A DNA stretch of 64,000 nt from the human T2T-CHM13v2.0 reference genome, Homo sapiens. The notes below the pieces were generated by a model that was not told the DNA's origin, made no database searches, and worked only from the letters and a program-made list of their open reading frames with translations. A program made the position numbers and the translations under genes. This document shows positions 48,586-61,437 of the stretch, one piece after another; the stretch's first letter is position 1; each line of letters opens with the position of its first letter. The DNA lies in contig CP086569.2 of the NCBI GenBank assembly GCA_009914755.4, positions 5,216,001 to 5,280,000 on the forward strand, written 5' to 3'.

Positions 48586-51500
48586 ATTTTTTCTTTTTTT
48601 TTTTAACTTTTAAGTTCAGGGGTACAAGTGTAGGTTTGTTACATAGGTAAACTTGTGTCATGGGGATTTGTTGCACAGTTTGTTTCATCAACCAGGTTTT
48701 AAGCCTAGCACCCATTAGTTGTTTTTCCTGATCCTCTCTCTCCTCCCACCCTCCATCCTCCAAGAGACCCCAGTGTGTGTGGTTCTCCTCTATGTGCCCA
48801 TGTGTTCTCATAATTTATCTCTCATTAATAAGTGAGAAAATGTGGTATTTGGTTTTCTGGCCCTGTGTTATTTTGGTAAAAATAATGGCCTTAGGCTCAA
48901 TTCATGTTCCTGCAAAAGACATAATCTTGTTCTTTTTTATGGCTGCATAGTATTCCATGGTGTATATGTACCACATATTCTTTACCCAGTCTGTAATTGA
49001 TTGACATTTAGGTTGATATCATATCTTTGCTATTGTAAGTAGTGCTGCAGTGAACATATGCATGCATGTGTCTTTATAATAGAATGATTTATATTCCTTT
49101 GGATATATTCCCAGTAATGGGATTGCTGGGTCAAATGTTATTTCTGTCTTTAGGTCTTTGAGTAATTGCCACACTGTCTTCCACAGTGGCTGAAATAATT
49201 TACGCTCTCACCACCGGTGGATAAGTTTTCCTGTTTCTCTACAACCTCACCAGGATTTCTTACTATTTGACTTTTTTGTAGCCATTCTGACTGGTGTGAG
49301 ATAGTATCTCATTGTGGATTTGATTTGCATTTCTCTAACAATCAATGTTGTTGAGCTCTTTTCATATGATTGTTGACCACATGTATGTCTCCTTTTGAAA
49401 AGTGTCTGCTCATGTATTTTGCCACTTTTTAATGGAGTTGTTTTTTTTCTTTGTAATTTTTTTAAGTTCATTATAGATGCTGGATATTAGACCTTTGTCA
49501 GATACAGAGTTTCCAAAAATTTTCTGTCATTCCATAGATTGTTTACTCTGTTGATAGTTTATTTTTGCTATGAAGCAGCCGTTTCATTTACTTAGATCTC
49601 ATTTGTCAATTTTTGCTTCTGTTGCAATTGCTTTTGGAATTTTTTTTATGAAACTTTTGCCAGCGCCTGTATCCGGAATGATACTGCCTAGGTTATCTTC
49701 CAGGAATTTTATAGTTTTGGGTTTTATGTTTAGGTCTTTAATCCATCTTGAGTTTATTTTTGTATATAGTGTAAGGAAGGGGTCCAGTTTCAATCTTCTG
49801 CATATGTCAGTTATGTCAACACCATTTATTGAATAGAAAATCCTTTCTTCAGAGCTTCTTTTTTTTTTTTTTTTTTTGGTCAGGTTTGTCAAAAATCAGA
49901 GAGTTGTAGGTGTGTGGTCTTATTTCTGGGTTCTCTATTCTATTCCATTTGCCTATGTGTCTGTTCCTGTACCAGTGCCATGCCATTCTGGTTACTATAA
50001 TCCTGTAGTATAGTATAGTTTGAAGTCAGGTAGTATGATACCTCTGGCTTTGTTCATTTTGTTTAGGATTACCTTGGCTATTAGGGCTATTTTTGGTACC
50101 ATATAAATTTTTAAATAATTTTTTAAAATTTTATTTCTGTGAAGAATGTCATTGATAATTTAATAGGAATAGCATTGAATGTATACATTGTTTTAGGCAG
50201 GATGACCATTTTAATGATATTGATTATTTCTATCCAGGAGCATAAAATGTTTTTCCATTTGTTTGTGTCATCTCTGATTTCTCTGAGCCGTGGCTTGTAG
50301 TTCTCCTTGTAGAGATTTTTCACCTCCCTGGTTAGCTGTATTCAAAGGTATTTTATTCTTTTTGTGGCAAATGTGAATAGGCATCTGTTTGTGGCTCTCA
50401 GCTTAACTGTTGTTGATGTATAGGAATACCAGCACTTTTTGCACATTGATTTTGTGTCCTGAGACTTTGGTGAAGTTGTTTAACAGCTTCAGAAGCTTCG
50501 GGGCTGAAAAAATGTTTTTTTTGTTTGTTTTTTTTTTTAGATATAGGGTCATGTCATCTGCAAACAGAGATAGTCTGACTTCCTCTCTGCTGGAAGATAT
50601 TTATTATGGCTTTGAGCTCATTATTTGTTATGGATATGTTCAGGTTTTGGATTTCTTAATGGTTTAAACTTGATAGGCTATATGTGTCTAGGATTTGTCA
50701 ATTTCTTCTGGCTTTTTCCATTTATTGGCATATAGTTGCTAATAATGGCCATTAATCATCTTTTGAATTCCTGTGGTATCAGTTGTAATGTCTCCTTTTA
50801 CAACTCTGGTTTTATTCAGGTCTTCTCTCTTTTCTCTTAGTCTGGCTAAAGGCTTGTCAATTTTGTTTAACTTTTAACAAAACAACCTTTTTATTTCATT
50901 GATCTTTTGTATTGATTTATTTGTTTTGATTTCATTGATTTATCTTCTATTATTATTCTTTTTCTTCTATTAATATTGGATTTTGTTTGCTCTTGCTTTT
51001 CCTGTTGTTTAAGATGCGTCGTTAGGTTGTTTACTTGAAGTTTTTCTCATTTTTTAGTGTAGGCACTTACAGCTATAAACTTCCCTCTAAGTACTGCTAT
51101 TGCTATATCCCATAGGGCTCAGTATGTTGTGTGTCCATTATAATTTGTTTCAAGAATTTTTTCAAATTTCTTTTTAATTTCTGCATTAACATACTGATCA
51201 TTCAGCAGCATATTGTTTAATTTCTATGTGAGTGTATGGTTTCCAAAATTCCTCTTGTAATTAATTTCTAGTTTTAGTCCATTGTGGTGAGAGAAGGTGC
51301 TTGATAATTTTTGACTTTTTTGAATGTTTTAAGAATTGTTTTTTGAGCTAATATATGACCTTTCCTTGAGAATGATCTCTTTGCTGAGGAGAAAAATGTG
51401 TATTCTGCAGCAGATGGGTGAAATTTTCTGTAACTATTAGGTTTTTTTGTTCTATAGTGAAGATTAAGTTCAATTTTTTTTGCTGTTGCTGTTGTTGTTG

Positions 51501-54500
51501 ATTTTCTGTCTGAAAGGTCCAGTGCTGAAAGTGTGGTGTTTAAGTCTCCACCTATTACTGTATTGGGGCCTATCTCTATCTGTGGCTCAATAATATTTGC
51601 TATATATATCTGAGTGCTGTAGTATTGAGCACATATATATTTACAATTGTTATATCCTTTTCCTGAATTGACCCATTTATCATTATATAGTGACTTTCTT
51701 TGTCTCATAGTTTTTATATTGAAATATAATTTGTCTGATATAAGTCTAGCTACTACCACTCTTTTTTAGTTTTTATTGGCATGGAATATCTTTTACCATC
51801 TGTTTATTTGCAATGTATGAGTGCCTTTAAATGTGAAGTATATTTCTTGTAGGCAATAGATTATATAGTTTTTTTAATCCATTAATCCACTCTATGCCTT
51901 TTGATTGGAGAATTTAGTTGTTTTTACATTAAATGTTATTATTAACAAATAAGGGCTTATTCTTGCCATATTGTTATTTGTTTTCTGTTCATTTTGTGGC
52001 CTTCTCTTCCTTCTTTCCTTCCTTTTTTCTTCTTTTAGTTAAGATGATTTTCTCTGGTGATACAATTTAGTTTTTTTTTTAAATTTTTTGTCAGTCAGTT
52101 ATCTGTTTTTTGATTTAAGGTTACCATGAAACTTGCAAATACTATCTTATAACCCATTATTTTAAGCTAATAATAATTTAACACTGTATAAACAAACAAA
52201 CATAAAAATGTAGAGAAAACTCATAAACACTCTACATTTTATTACCCTACTTTTTAATCTTTTGTTGTTCTTATTTATATATTGTTATACTGTCTAGGTC
52301 TTGAAAAGTTGTAGTTATTATTTTTTATTGGTTCCTGTTTTAATATTTCTACTTATGATAAGAATAGTTTACACACCAAAGTTACAGTGTTATAATATTC
52401 TGTATTTATTGTGTATTTACTATTACCAGTCAGTTTTGTACCTTTGTATGAATTCTTGTTGCTCATTAACATTCTATTCTTTTTAATTGAGGCACTCTCT
52501 TTAGTATTTCCTGAAGGACAGGTCTGGTGTTGTTAAAATCCTTCAGCTTTTGTTTTTTGGGGGAAGTCTTTATTTCTCCTTCATGTTTAGAGGATATTTG
52601 CACCAGATATACTATTATAGAGTGAAAGTATTTTTTCTCCAGCACTTCTTTAAATATGTCATGCCACTCTCTCATGCCCTGTAAGGTTTCCACTGAAATG
52701 TGCTGCCAGATGTATTGGTGCTCCATTGTATGTTATTTGTTTGTTTTCTCTTGCTGCTCTTTCTAAAATAATCCTTTCTTTATTTTTGACCTTTGGGAGT
52801 TTGATTATTAAATGCTTTGAGATAGTCTCTTTTGGGTTAAATCTCCTTGATGTTCTTTGGGCTTCTTATACTTGGATATTGATAATATTTCACTAGGTAT
52901 TGGAAGTTCTCTTTTATTATTTCTTTGATAAAACTTCCTACTCATATCTCTTTCTCTACCTCCTCTTTAAGGCCAGTTACTCTTAGATTTGCTCTTTTGA
53001 GGCTGTTATCTAGATTCTGTAGTTGTATGTCATTACTTTTATTCTTTTTTCTTTACTTCTGTGTATTTTCAAATAGCTTATCTTCAAGCTTACTAATTCT
53101 TTCTTCTACTTGATCAATTCTGTTATTAAAAGACTGATATTGTTTGGCTGTGTCCCCACCCAAATCTCATTTTGAATTGTAGCTCCCATAATTCCCATGG
53201 GTTGTGGGACGGACCCAGAGGGAGGTAACTGAATCATGGGGATGGGCTTTTCCCATGCTGTTCTCATGATACTGAATGAGTCTCATGAGATCTGATGGTT
53301 TTATAAAGGAGAGTTCCCCTACACAAGCTCTCTCTTTCCTGCTGCCATGTGAGATGTAACTTTGCTCTTCCTTGCCTTCCACCATGATTTTGAGGCCTCC
53401 CCAACCACATGGAACTGTGGTTAAACTTCTGTTACCTTGTAAGTTACCTAGTCTCGTATGTGTCTTTATCAGCAGTGTGAGAATGGACTAATACAAAGAC
53501 TCTTATGCATTCTTCAGTATGTTAATTGCATTTTTCAGCACCAGAATTTTTACTTGATTCATTCTAATTATTTCAATCTCCTTGTTAAATTTATCTAACA
53601 GACTTCTAAATTTCTTCTCTGTGTTATCATTGAATTTCTTTGAGTTCCCTCAAAACAGCTATTTTTAATTCTCTGTCTGAAAGTTCACATATCTCTATTT
53701 CTCCAGGATTGGTCCCTGGTGCCTTATTTAGTTTATTTGGTAAGGTCATGTTTTCCTGGATAGTCTTGATATTTATGGATTTTCATCTGTGTCTGGGCAT
53801 TGAGGAATAAGGTATTTATTGTTATCTTTGCAGTAGGGACTTGTTTGTACTCATCTTTCCCAGGAAGGCTTTCCAGATATTTCAAAGAACTTTGATGTTG
53901 TGATCTAAAATATATCTGTATTAGAGAACGCAAGAAGCCCGAAGCCCAGGACAACTTTTTAAGTTTAAGAACTAAGTAACTGTGGTTCTTGCAGACTTGT
54001 AGAGGTACTGCCTTGGTGGTTTTGGACAACATCCAGAAGAATTCTGTAGATTATCAGGCAAAAACTCTTGTTCTCTTTTCTTACTTTCTTCCAAAAAAAA
54101 AAAAAAAATGGAGTCTCTCTCTCGCTCTCTGTTCTGAGCTGCCTGGAGTTATTGGTGGAATGACACAAGCACCTCTGTGACCACCACTACTAGGATTGTG
54201 CTGGGTCAGACCCGATGCCAGTACAATACTGGGCCTCACTCAAGGCCTGATACAACCTCAACTTGACTACTGCCTATGTTTTCCCAAGGCCCTGGGGCTC
54301 TACAGTAAGCTGCTGGTAAGGCCTTTCAGGCCTGTGTTCTTCCCTTCAAGATGGCGAATTTCCCCAGGCCCCAGGTATGTCCAGATGTGCCATCCAGGAG
54401 CCAGAGACTAGCATTAAATACCTTAGATGTCTAAGTGGTATTCTATTGTACAGCAACTGAGCTGGCACTCAAACCACAAGATGCAATCCTTCCCACTCTT

Positions 54501-54944
54501 CTTTCCTTTTTCCAAAGGTAGAGGAGTTTCACCCTGTGGCCACTGCCAACATGAGGCCATGGAGAATACTGCCAAGCTATTGCTGATGTTTCGTTTAGGT
54601 CCAAAGTCTCTTCAGTCAGCTTGTGATGATTGATACCTGGCCTGGGACTCACCCTTCAGAACAATGGGCTCCTCTCTCACCCAGGGCAGGTCCAGAAATG
54701 CTGTCCAACATCCATGTCCTAGATATGGGGACCTCAAGGGTCCACTTCGTGCTCTACTCCACTGTGGTGAGCTAGGACTTAAGGTCCAAGACAAAGTTCC
54801 CTTTTCCCTCCTCATTTCTCAATCAGAGGGAGTCTTGCCCCCTACACACACAGCAGGAAATGTGCTGATTGTAGCCTGAGTCCAACAAGTCTCAGAATTT
54901 CACCCCAAGGCACTAGAAGTATTGCTTGGGTATTATTGCTGGTC
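48586..54944 (-). mobile_element. L1-X, a near full-length L1 (older L1PA/L1PB-like), antisense. Its poly(A) tail reads as poly(T) at 48586-48603. It has a 3'UTR, ORF2 (EN domain around 51274-51759), ORF1 (C-terminus 52466-52726, N-terminus about 53500-53870) and a 5'UTR of about 53870-54944. A MaLR solo LTR interrupts it at 53135-53497.
   Basis: 3' end: ttttttcttttttttttaacttttaagttcaggggtacaagtgtaggtttgttacataggtaaacttgtg is the reverse complement of the L1 3' terminus. ORF 51274..51759 (-) gives EN-domain text ...IGGDLNTTLSALD.S.RK...L...YRT..P.....EYTFFSSA..SFS...HIL..K.IL. ORF 52466..52726 (-) gives the ORF1 C-terminus ...ETLQ.MREWHDIFK.L.EK.........ISSKHEGEIKTSP.KQKLKDF.NTRPVLQEILK. The ORF1 N-terminus past the LTR reads KEFR.LLDKFNKEIEIIRMNQVKILVLKNAINILKNA.ESL. 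Confidence 0.85.
53135..53497 (+). mobile_element. Solo MaLR LTR (THE1/MST-like), sense, inserted inside L1-X ORF1
   Basis: tgatattgtttggctgtgtccccacccaaatctcattttgaattgtagctcccataattcccatgggttgtgggacggacccagagggaggtaactgaatcatgggg ... ctagtctcgtatgtgtctttatcagcagtgtgagaatggactaatacaa. Confidence 0.9.
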
Positions 54945-57900
54945 ATTAATCTTCTGTGATCATTATTTGTATTTCTGTGGGGTCAGTGGTAATATCTTCT
55001 TTGTCATTTCTAATTGTGTTTATTTGGAACTTTTCCCTTTTTTTCTGTATGAGTGTACCTAGAAATCTGATATGGTTTGGCTCTGTGTTCCCCTCAAAAT
55101 CTCATCTCAAATTATAATCCCCATGTTTCCAGGGAGGAACATGTAATCTCCATGTGTCAAGGGAAGGAGGTGATTGGATCATAGGAGCAGTTTCCCCCAT
55201 GGTGGCCTTGTGATAATGAATGAGTTCTCACGAGATCTTATGGTTTTATAAGTGTTTGACAGTTTCTCCTTCACATGTTCTTTCTCCTGCCACCTTGTGA
55301 AGAAGGTACTTCCTTCCCCTTTGCCTTCTGCTATGATTATAAGTTTCCTGAGGCCTACCCAGCCATGTGGAACTGCGAGTCAATTAAACTTCTTTCTTTT
55401 AAAAATTACCCACTCTCAAGTATTTCTTTATAGCAACGTAAAAATGGACTATTACACAATCTATTTCACTAATTAAAAAAAAAAACCTCCTAGATTCATT
55501 CATCTTTTGAATGTTTTTTCCTGTCTCATTTTCCTTCAGTTCAGCTCTGATTTTGGTTATTTCTTGTCTTCTGCTAGCTTTGGGCTTGGTTTGATCTTGC
55601 TTCTCTAGTTTTCTTTAGTTGTGATGTTAGGTGGTTCAACTGAGATTTTTTTAACTTTTAGATGTGGGTATTTAGTGCTATAAATTTCCACTTTAACACT
55701 GCCTTAGTTGTGTCCCAGAGATTCTGCTATATTGTATCTGTGTTCTTATGAGTTTCAAATAACTTCTTGATTTCTGCCTCAATTTCATTATTTACCCAAA
55801 AGTCATTCACAACCTGAGCAAATTATACAATTTCCATTTAATTGTATGGTTTTGAGCAATTTTCTTAGTCTTGCTTCCTAATTTGATAGTGCAATGATCT
55901 GAGGGAGTGATTCTTATTATTTCAGTTCTTTTGCATTTGCTGAGGAGTGTTTTGTGTCCGATTATGTGGTCAATTTTAGAGTATGTGCTGAGTGGCATTG
56001 AGAATAATGTACATTCTGTGGTATTTGGGTAGAGATTTCTGTAAATGTCTATTAAGTATATTTGGTCCAGTGCGGAGTTTAGTTCCTAAATATCTTCATG
56101 AATTATCTGTCTAATACTGTCAAAGGGTGTTGAAATCTCCCACTATTATTTTGTGGGAGTCTAAGTCACTTTGATGATCTCTAAGAACTTGTTTTATGAA
56201 TCTGAGTGCTAATGTGTTGGGTGCATATATATTTAGGACAGTAAGTTCTTCTTGTTGAATTGAACCCTTTACCATTATGTGATGCCCATCTTTGCTTTTT
56301 TCTATATTTGTTGGTTGAAAATATGTTTTTTCTGAAATTAGGATTGAAATCCCTGCTTTTTTGTTTTCCATTTGTTTGTATATTTTTTTCTATTCCTTTA
56401 TTTTGAGCTCATGGGTGTCACTGCATGTGAGATGTGTCTCTCAAAGACAGCATAACAATGGGTCTTGGTTCTTTATGCAACTTAACAGTCTGTGCCTTTT
56501 AATTGAGAGCATTTAGCTTGTTTACGTTCAAGGTTAGTACTGATATGTATGGATTTGATTCTATCATCATCATGTTAGCTGGTTATTCTGCAGACTTGTC
56601 TGTGTGGTTCTTCATAGCGTCACTGGCCTGTGTAATTCAGTATGTTTTTGTAGTGGCTGGTAACTGCCTTTCCTTTCCATATTTAGTGCTTCTATCAGAA
56701 GCTCTTGTAAAGCAGGTTGGTTGGTAATGAATTCCCTCAGCATTTGCTTGTTTGAAGATAATGCCATTTCTCCTTCATTTAGGAAGCTTAGTTTGGCCAG
56801 ATATGAAACTCTGGGTTGAAATTTCTTTAAGAATGTTGAATATAGACCCTCAATCTTTTCTGGCTTGTGAGGTTTCTGCTGAGAGGTCTGCTGTTTGTAT
56901 GATGGGGTTCTCTTTTTAGGTGACCTGACTCTTCTCTAGTTGCCTTTAATTTTTTTTTTTTATTTTGACCTTGGAGAATCTGATGATTGTGTTTGGAATG
57001 ATCTTCTTGTAAAGTATCTTACTGAGGTTCTCTGAATTTCCTGAATTTGATTCTTGGCTTGTATAACTAGGTTGGGGAAGTGACCATGGATGATATCCTG
57101 AAATATGTTTTCAAAGTTGCTTCCATTCTCCTCGTCTTTTTCAGGGACAACAATGCTTCATAGATTTGTTCTCTTTCCATAATTCCATTTTTTTGGAGGT
57201 TTTATGTATTCCTTTTAATTCTTTTTTCCCTATTCTTGTCTGACTGTATTATTTTAGAAAGCCGACCTGCAGACTCTGAGATTCATTCCACAGCTTGGTC
57301 AATTCTGCTATTAATACTTGTGATTGCATTATGAAATTTTTGTAGTGTGTTTTTCAGCTCTGAGAGCTCAGTTATATTATTTTCTATAAAGACCTATTTT
57401 GTTTGTTAGTTGTTGCATCATTTTATTATGATTCTTACCTTCTTTGAATTGGGTTTCAATGTACTCCTGCATCTCAATGATCTTAGTTTCTATTCATATT
57501 CTGAATTCAATTTCTGTCATGTCAGCTTTTTCAGCCCAGTGAAGAACCGTTGCTAGAGAGTTGGTGTGGTCATTTGGAGGAAAGAAGACACTGTGGCTTT
57601 TAGAGTTGTCAGAGTTCTTGCACTGTTCTTTCTTGTCTTTGTGGGCTGATGTTCCTTTAGTCTTCGAAGTTGCTGTTTTGTGAGGTTTTTTGTTTTTTTT
57701 TTTTAATCCTATTAGATGCCCTTGAGGGTTTAGTTGTGGTACAAGCTTAGTTCAGTCAACTGGCTTCATTTCTGGAAGAATTTGGGGGGCCAAGTCTCTG
57801 CTCCCAACTTCTATACTACGTGCTGTAACTCTGGGAGACTGGTATTGGGCCCTGTCTTTGTTCTCTGGCTCCTCAAAGTTAGGAACCCAATGTGCTCGGA

Positions 57901-59345
57901 AGGCTGAAATGCTCCCAGACTACTGATCACTACACTTTGATGGCTGGTGCCAGCCAAAACATTTGGTAGGTCAGTGGCAGTGGGATCTGTCCTTGTTTGC
58001 ATGTGCCAGCAGCAGTGACAGTGGCAGCACTGTGTGGTACCTGCATGTTGGCTGTGGCAGGGCACCTAGTGGGTATTGGGGTACTGGTCTCCCTACACAC
58101 ATTCACAGCAGCGACAGAGGCAGCATGGCTCTCTAGGATGGGGATCCCCTCTGGTGACTGTGCATGTGGTCATACTGGTGGTGGTTTTAGCGCAAGGGCT
58201 GGACGCTGTCAGGTGCAGGTCTTTGTGCACCCTCTATGTGCATTCATGCAGGCAGAGGTCCCCACTCAGGGAATGTGAGGGTCTGCTGTTCTCTGTTCCT
58301 GGTTTCACTCTGGAAATAGCATTGGCACAGGGGCAGGGGCCTGGCAAAGGTGGGGCTGCTGGGCTCTGTGCCCACCAAGGCTCTGACTGCAATGACAGTA
58401 CAGTGGGGAGAGAGGAGGTGGAGTGAACTCATGCTGGCAGCAGTGGAAGGGCAGGGTTCACACACACACACACCCCACACACACACACCCCACACACACA
58501 CACCGAGGGGACACGGAATGCAAAAGCCACCTCACACACACTCACCAGCAAGGCAATATGGGGAAGGGCCGTGGGCCTGAGGGTAGATGCAGTTGAGGGA
58601 GGGAGGGTGTGAGCTAGTGCATGGCCATGGGCTTTGCTCTGCTGGAGCTCTCTGCCAGTGTGGTGCAGTCCACCAGTGCAGGAGCTATGATGTGGGTCCC
58701 CAGGGCACCAGAGGTTGCACCGCAAAGAGGCAGAGTCAGGCTGGGCCTCTGGGACAGGCCAGCAGACCAAGGGGTGCGCAGGTTGGACCATCCCCTTCTG
58801 ATGGGCCTGCAGAGTTCAGGCCTGACAGTTCCTCTAGGGATAAATTCTCCTATTAGAGCAAGTCAAGCCTCGGGGGTGAGAGTCCCTGACCATGGTCTGC
58901 TACAGACGCTCCCACACCAAACCCTCTGCACTCCTCACTGGATGAAAGGCTGCCCTTACTACTTCTCTAAGCAGCTCTCTCTGCCAACGCAAGTGTCTGT
59001 GGTAGTCAAGTGGTTTCCTACTGCTGGGATTCCAGAGGTCCATGGTGAGTGCTAATTGCTCCTTGCCAGTTCAACTTACCTGTTCCCTTAGAGTTACTGG
59101 GGGCCAGGAACGAGTCCTGCTGCACAGTAGCCCCTTGCAGTATTCCCAGCTTCCTCCCTCTTCAGCCCATTTTTGTCTTCCCTTTGTCCACTCTCAGTGC
59201 CTTTCCTCTGAAGATCTGTTAGGAGTGCAGCAGCTGTCAGGATCCCTCAGTGGCAGCCGTTCCACCTGGCTGCTTCTAGTTGGCCATCTTGCTCAGCTCC
59301 AATCATTTAACCTCTTAAAGTCTGTTTACTCATTTGTAAAATATA
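54945..59345 (-). mobile_element. L1-Y, 5' segment, antisense. It runs from ORF2 about aa 400 back to the ORF2 start, then the inter-ORF spacer, ORF1 (about 56640-57690) and a long GC-rich 5'UTR (about 57700-59345). A MaLR solo LTR interrupts it at 55068-55486.
   Basis: ORFs 55807..55998 and 56120..56371 (-) are ORF2 endonuclease-domain text (...IMVKGSIQQEELTVLNIYAPNT.A.RFIKQVL.D...DLDSH.IIVGDFNT... and ...YSKIDHIIGHKTLLSKCKRTEII..T.SDH..IKL). The ORF2 start (MIESNPYISVLTLNVNKLNA) is around 56400-56540 in antisense. The ORF1 C-terminus antisense text (gtaatgaattccctcagcatttgcttgtttgaag...ggaagcttagtttggccagatatgaaactctgggttgaaatttctttaagaatgttgaatat) lies at 56700-56900. The 5' boundary is uncertain to about 50 bp. 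Confidence 0.82.
55068..55486 (+). mobile_element. Solo MaLR LTR (MST-like), sense, inserted in L1-Y ORF2 (about codon 360)
   Basis: tgatatggtttggctctgtgttcccctcaaaatctcatctcaaattataatccccatgtttccagggaggaacatgtaatctccatgtgtcaagggaaggaggtgattggatcataggagcag ... aattacccactctcaagtatttctttatagcaacgtaaaaatggactattacacaa. The L1 ORF2 frame resumes on both sides (...INESR | [29 protein letters not shown]). Confidence 0.85.
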
Positions 59346-61084
59346 AATATCAATAGCAAGTATCACAAATAATTTAGCACTGCCCCTTAGACATCGTAGA
59401 TGTTAAATATTATGCTAATACAATAATAGCATTCTTATTTTTCCATTATTTTTTTTCTAGATTGAACTTTTATTGGCTACCCACTTAGCTTTTAGGCAAA
59501 ATCAATTTCATTTTGTTTTTATTTCAAATATTAATAAAAGAGGCACTGCTTGTTTTCATTAACCTGTGAAATAATTTTCTATGAATTAGAAAATACAGCT
59601 GTGTGCATAATTCTGTTCTTTTATCATTATTAGTATTTTCAGCCACTTTTAAGAAACAGAGGAGATAATTTTTTTATGAGTTTATCAAGTTATCTTGTAA
59701 TTGTTAAATACACCTTGAAGTCTCCATTCCCATAACTAAATCTGGTTTGTCTTTTACCTTTAATTAAGCTAACCTCTCTGTTTAGTAAAGTCTAACTGTG
59801 AAGATGATAAGCCAGGTACCAATGTTTAACTTGCATTTTTTTAGCATATTTTAAAACTTCAGTGAAGTCTTGATGTAAATGAATAGATGTATGTATATAA
59901 ATCTATGGTTATAGTATCTGTTACTCACACATGTCTCATTAAAATTATTGGGAACATTCTTCCTTTACTTTGTTTTTCTCTTAGTCTTCAAAGTTTTATG
60001 TGTAGACTCCTTATAAATAGTTTAAATCAGATTGTTAGTAATAAAGAGGAAAATCACTTTAAGAATCTGACAGCAATGTTTGCATTTTAACATCCATGGG
60101 AACAGTATATTGTGTCTAACTTAAGTATCTGACACCAAACATTAAACATAATATTTCCTTTCTAATCTTATCCTTTGATACATTTTAGTGTATGAGGTAT
60201 TTCAAGGAAAGATGTGAAACATGTAAATTAATTGTCTTTTTTATCCCTCAAAGATAACCAAGGTATTTATTAAATTCCCTGAAGCCGTATGACAAGACAT
60301 ACATCTAAACTCAAACTAAATTATCTGGCTCTTGTAAGCTTTATGTTTGACATCATGATAATCCATATTTTGTTCTTTTACAAAAGTGATGCAACGAATT
60401 TATAAATTAACACAGAGACATTGGTTACAATAATTTCATAAAGACAAAGAGAAGCCTCACAATTGTGACACCGGGCTTGTTTGACATTCCTTGTACCTAA
60501 ACAATTTATTACCTTTTACACTATAGTCAGAGGTAGTGAACTATTACTGGAAAAATGGTATTTTCTCCATGCATTGGAATTTGAATTATTCCTCAAAGGC
60601 AGTTCTTGCAGTGGGTAATGTTCCTCGTGTTGTCACTTGGCCAACAGACTGTACCTTGGCATGGGAAAATTTGTCAGCTTTTTCACATGTGACACAGATG
60701 TTGCTTTTAATGATGCATTTAAATAATTTTGCATAGAAAGGGAAGATAAGATTACATAAAAAGAAAAATAGTTATTCAAGACTTATGAAGGCTCAAGAAA
60801 CTGGAGAGCCAATAATACACTCTGAATAAGGTCTATGATCTTTCACTTATGAAGAATTTACACCCAATTTTCATAAATTACATATCGATGTGTTATAAAT
60901 TATGTACTTTATTTTATTTATAAAATTATGTCCAACATTTTGCTAAAGTTCATTATACAAATTCCGAAACAAACAATAGTTTATTTTAGATTTGGTAGTT
61001 TAATGATGCCATTCATTTAACGTAAATATGTTTCATTGTGAAAGAACATGGGAAGAAAAATGACTTTGTCATACATATATCTTG

Positions 61085-61250
61085 TCACATTTGATCCAGC
61101 AATCCCACTACTGGGTATCTACCCAGAGGAAAAAATGTCATTATATGAAAAGGATACTTGCACAGGCATGTTTATAGCAGCACAATTCACAATTGTGAAA
61201 ATGTGGAACCAGCCCAAATGCCCAGCAAACAATGAGTGAATAAAGAAAAT
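61085..61250 (+). mobile_element. L1 ORF2 fragment (about aa 1188-1221), sense. It is block B of a rearranged L1 3' end.
   Basis: ORF 61048..61239 (+): ...[53 protein letters not shown] (consensus [54 protein letters not shown]). Confidence 0.9.
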
Positions 61251-61251
61251 C

Positions 61252-61437
61252 TGTGTGTGTGTGTAAGTGTATATATATGTATATATATGTGTATATATAT
61301 GTATATATGTATATATACGTATGTATATATGTGTGTATATATATACGTATATATATACGTATATATATGTGTGTATATATATACGTATATATATACATAT
61401 ATATGTGTGTGTATATATATATACGTATATATATATG
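61252..61437. repeat. Compound microsatellite, (TG)n followed by degenerate (TATATG)n/(TATACG)n, about 185 bp
   Basis: ctgtgtgtgtgtgtaagtgtatatatatgtatatatatgtgtatatatatg...tatatatacgtatatatatatg. Translated as YIYVYI... in ORFs 61141..61398 (-), 61236..61730, 61253..61441 and 61267..61473 (+). Confidence 0.95.

Noticed and set aside
51274-51759. 161-aa minus-strand ORF
   Set aside because: A diverged L1 ORF2 endonuclease-domain remnant of L1-X (GDLNT...EYTFFSSA motif), not a cellular gene.
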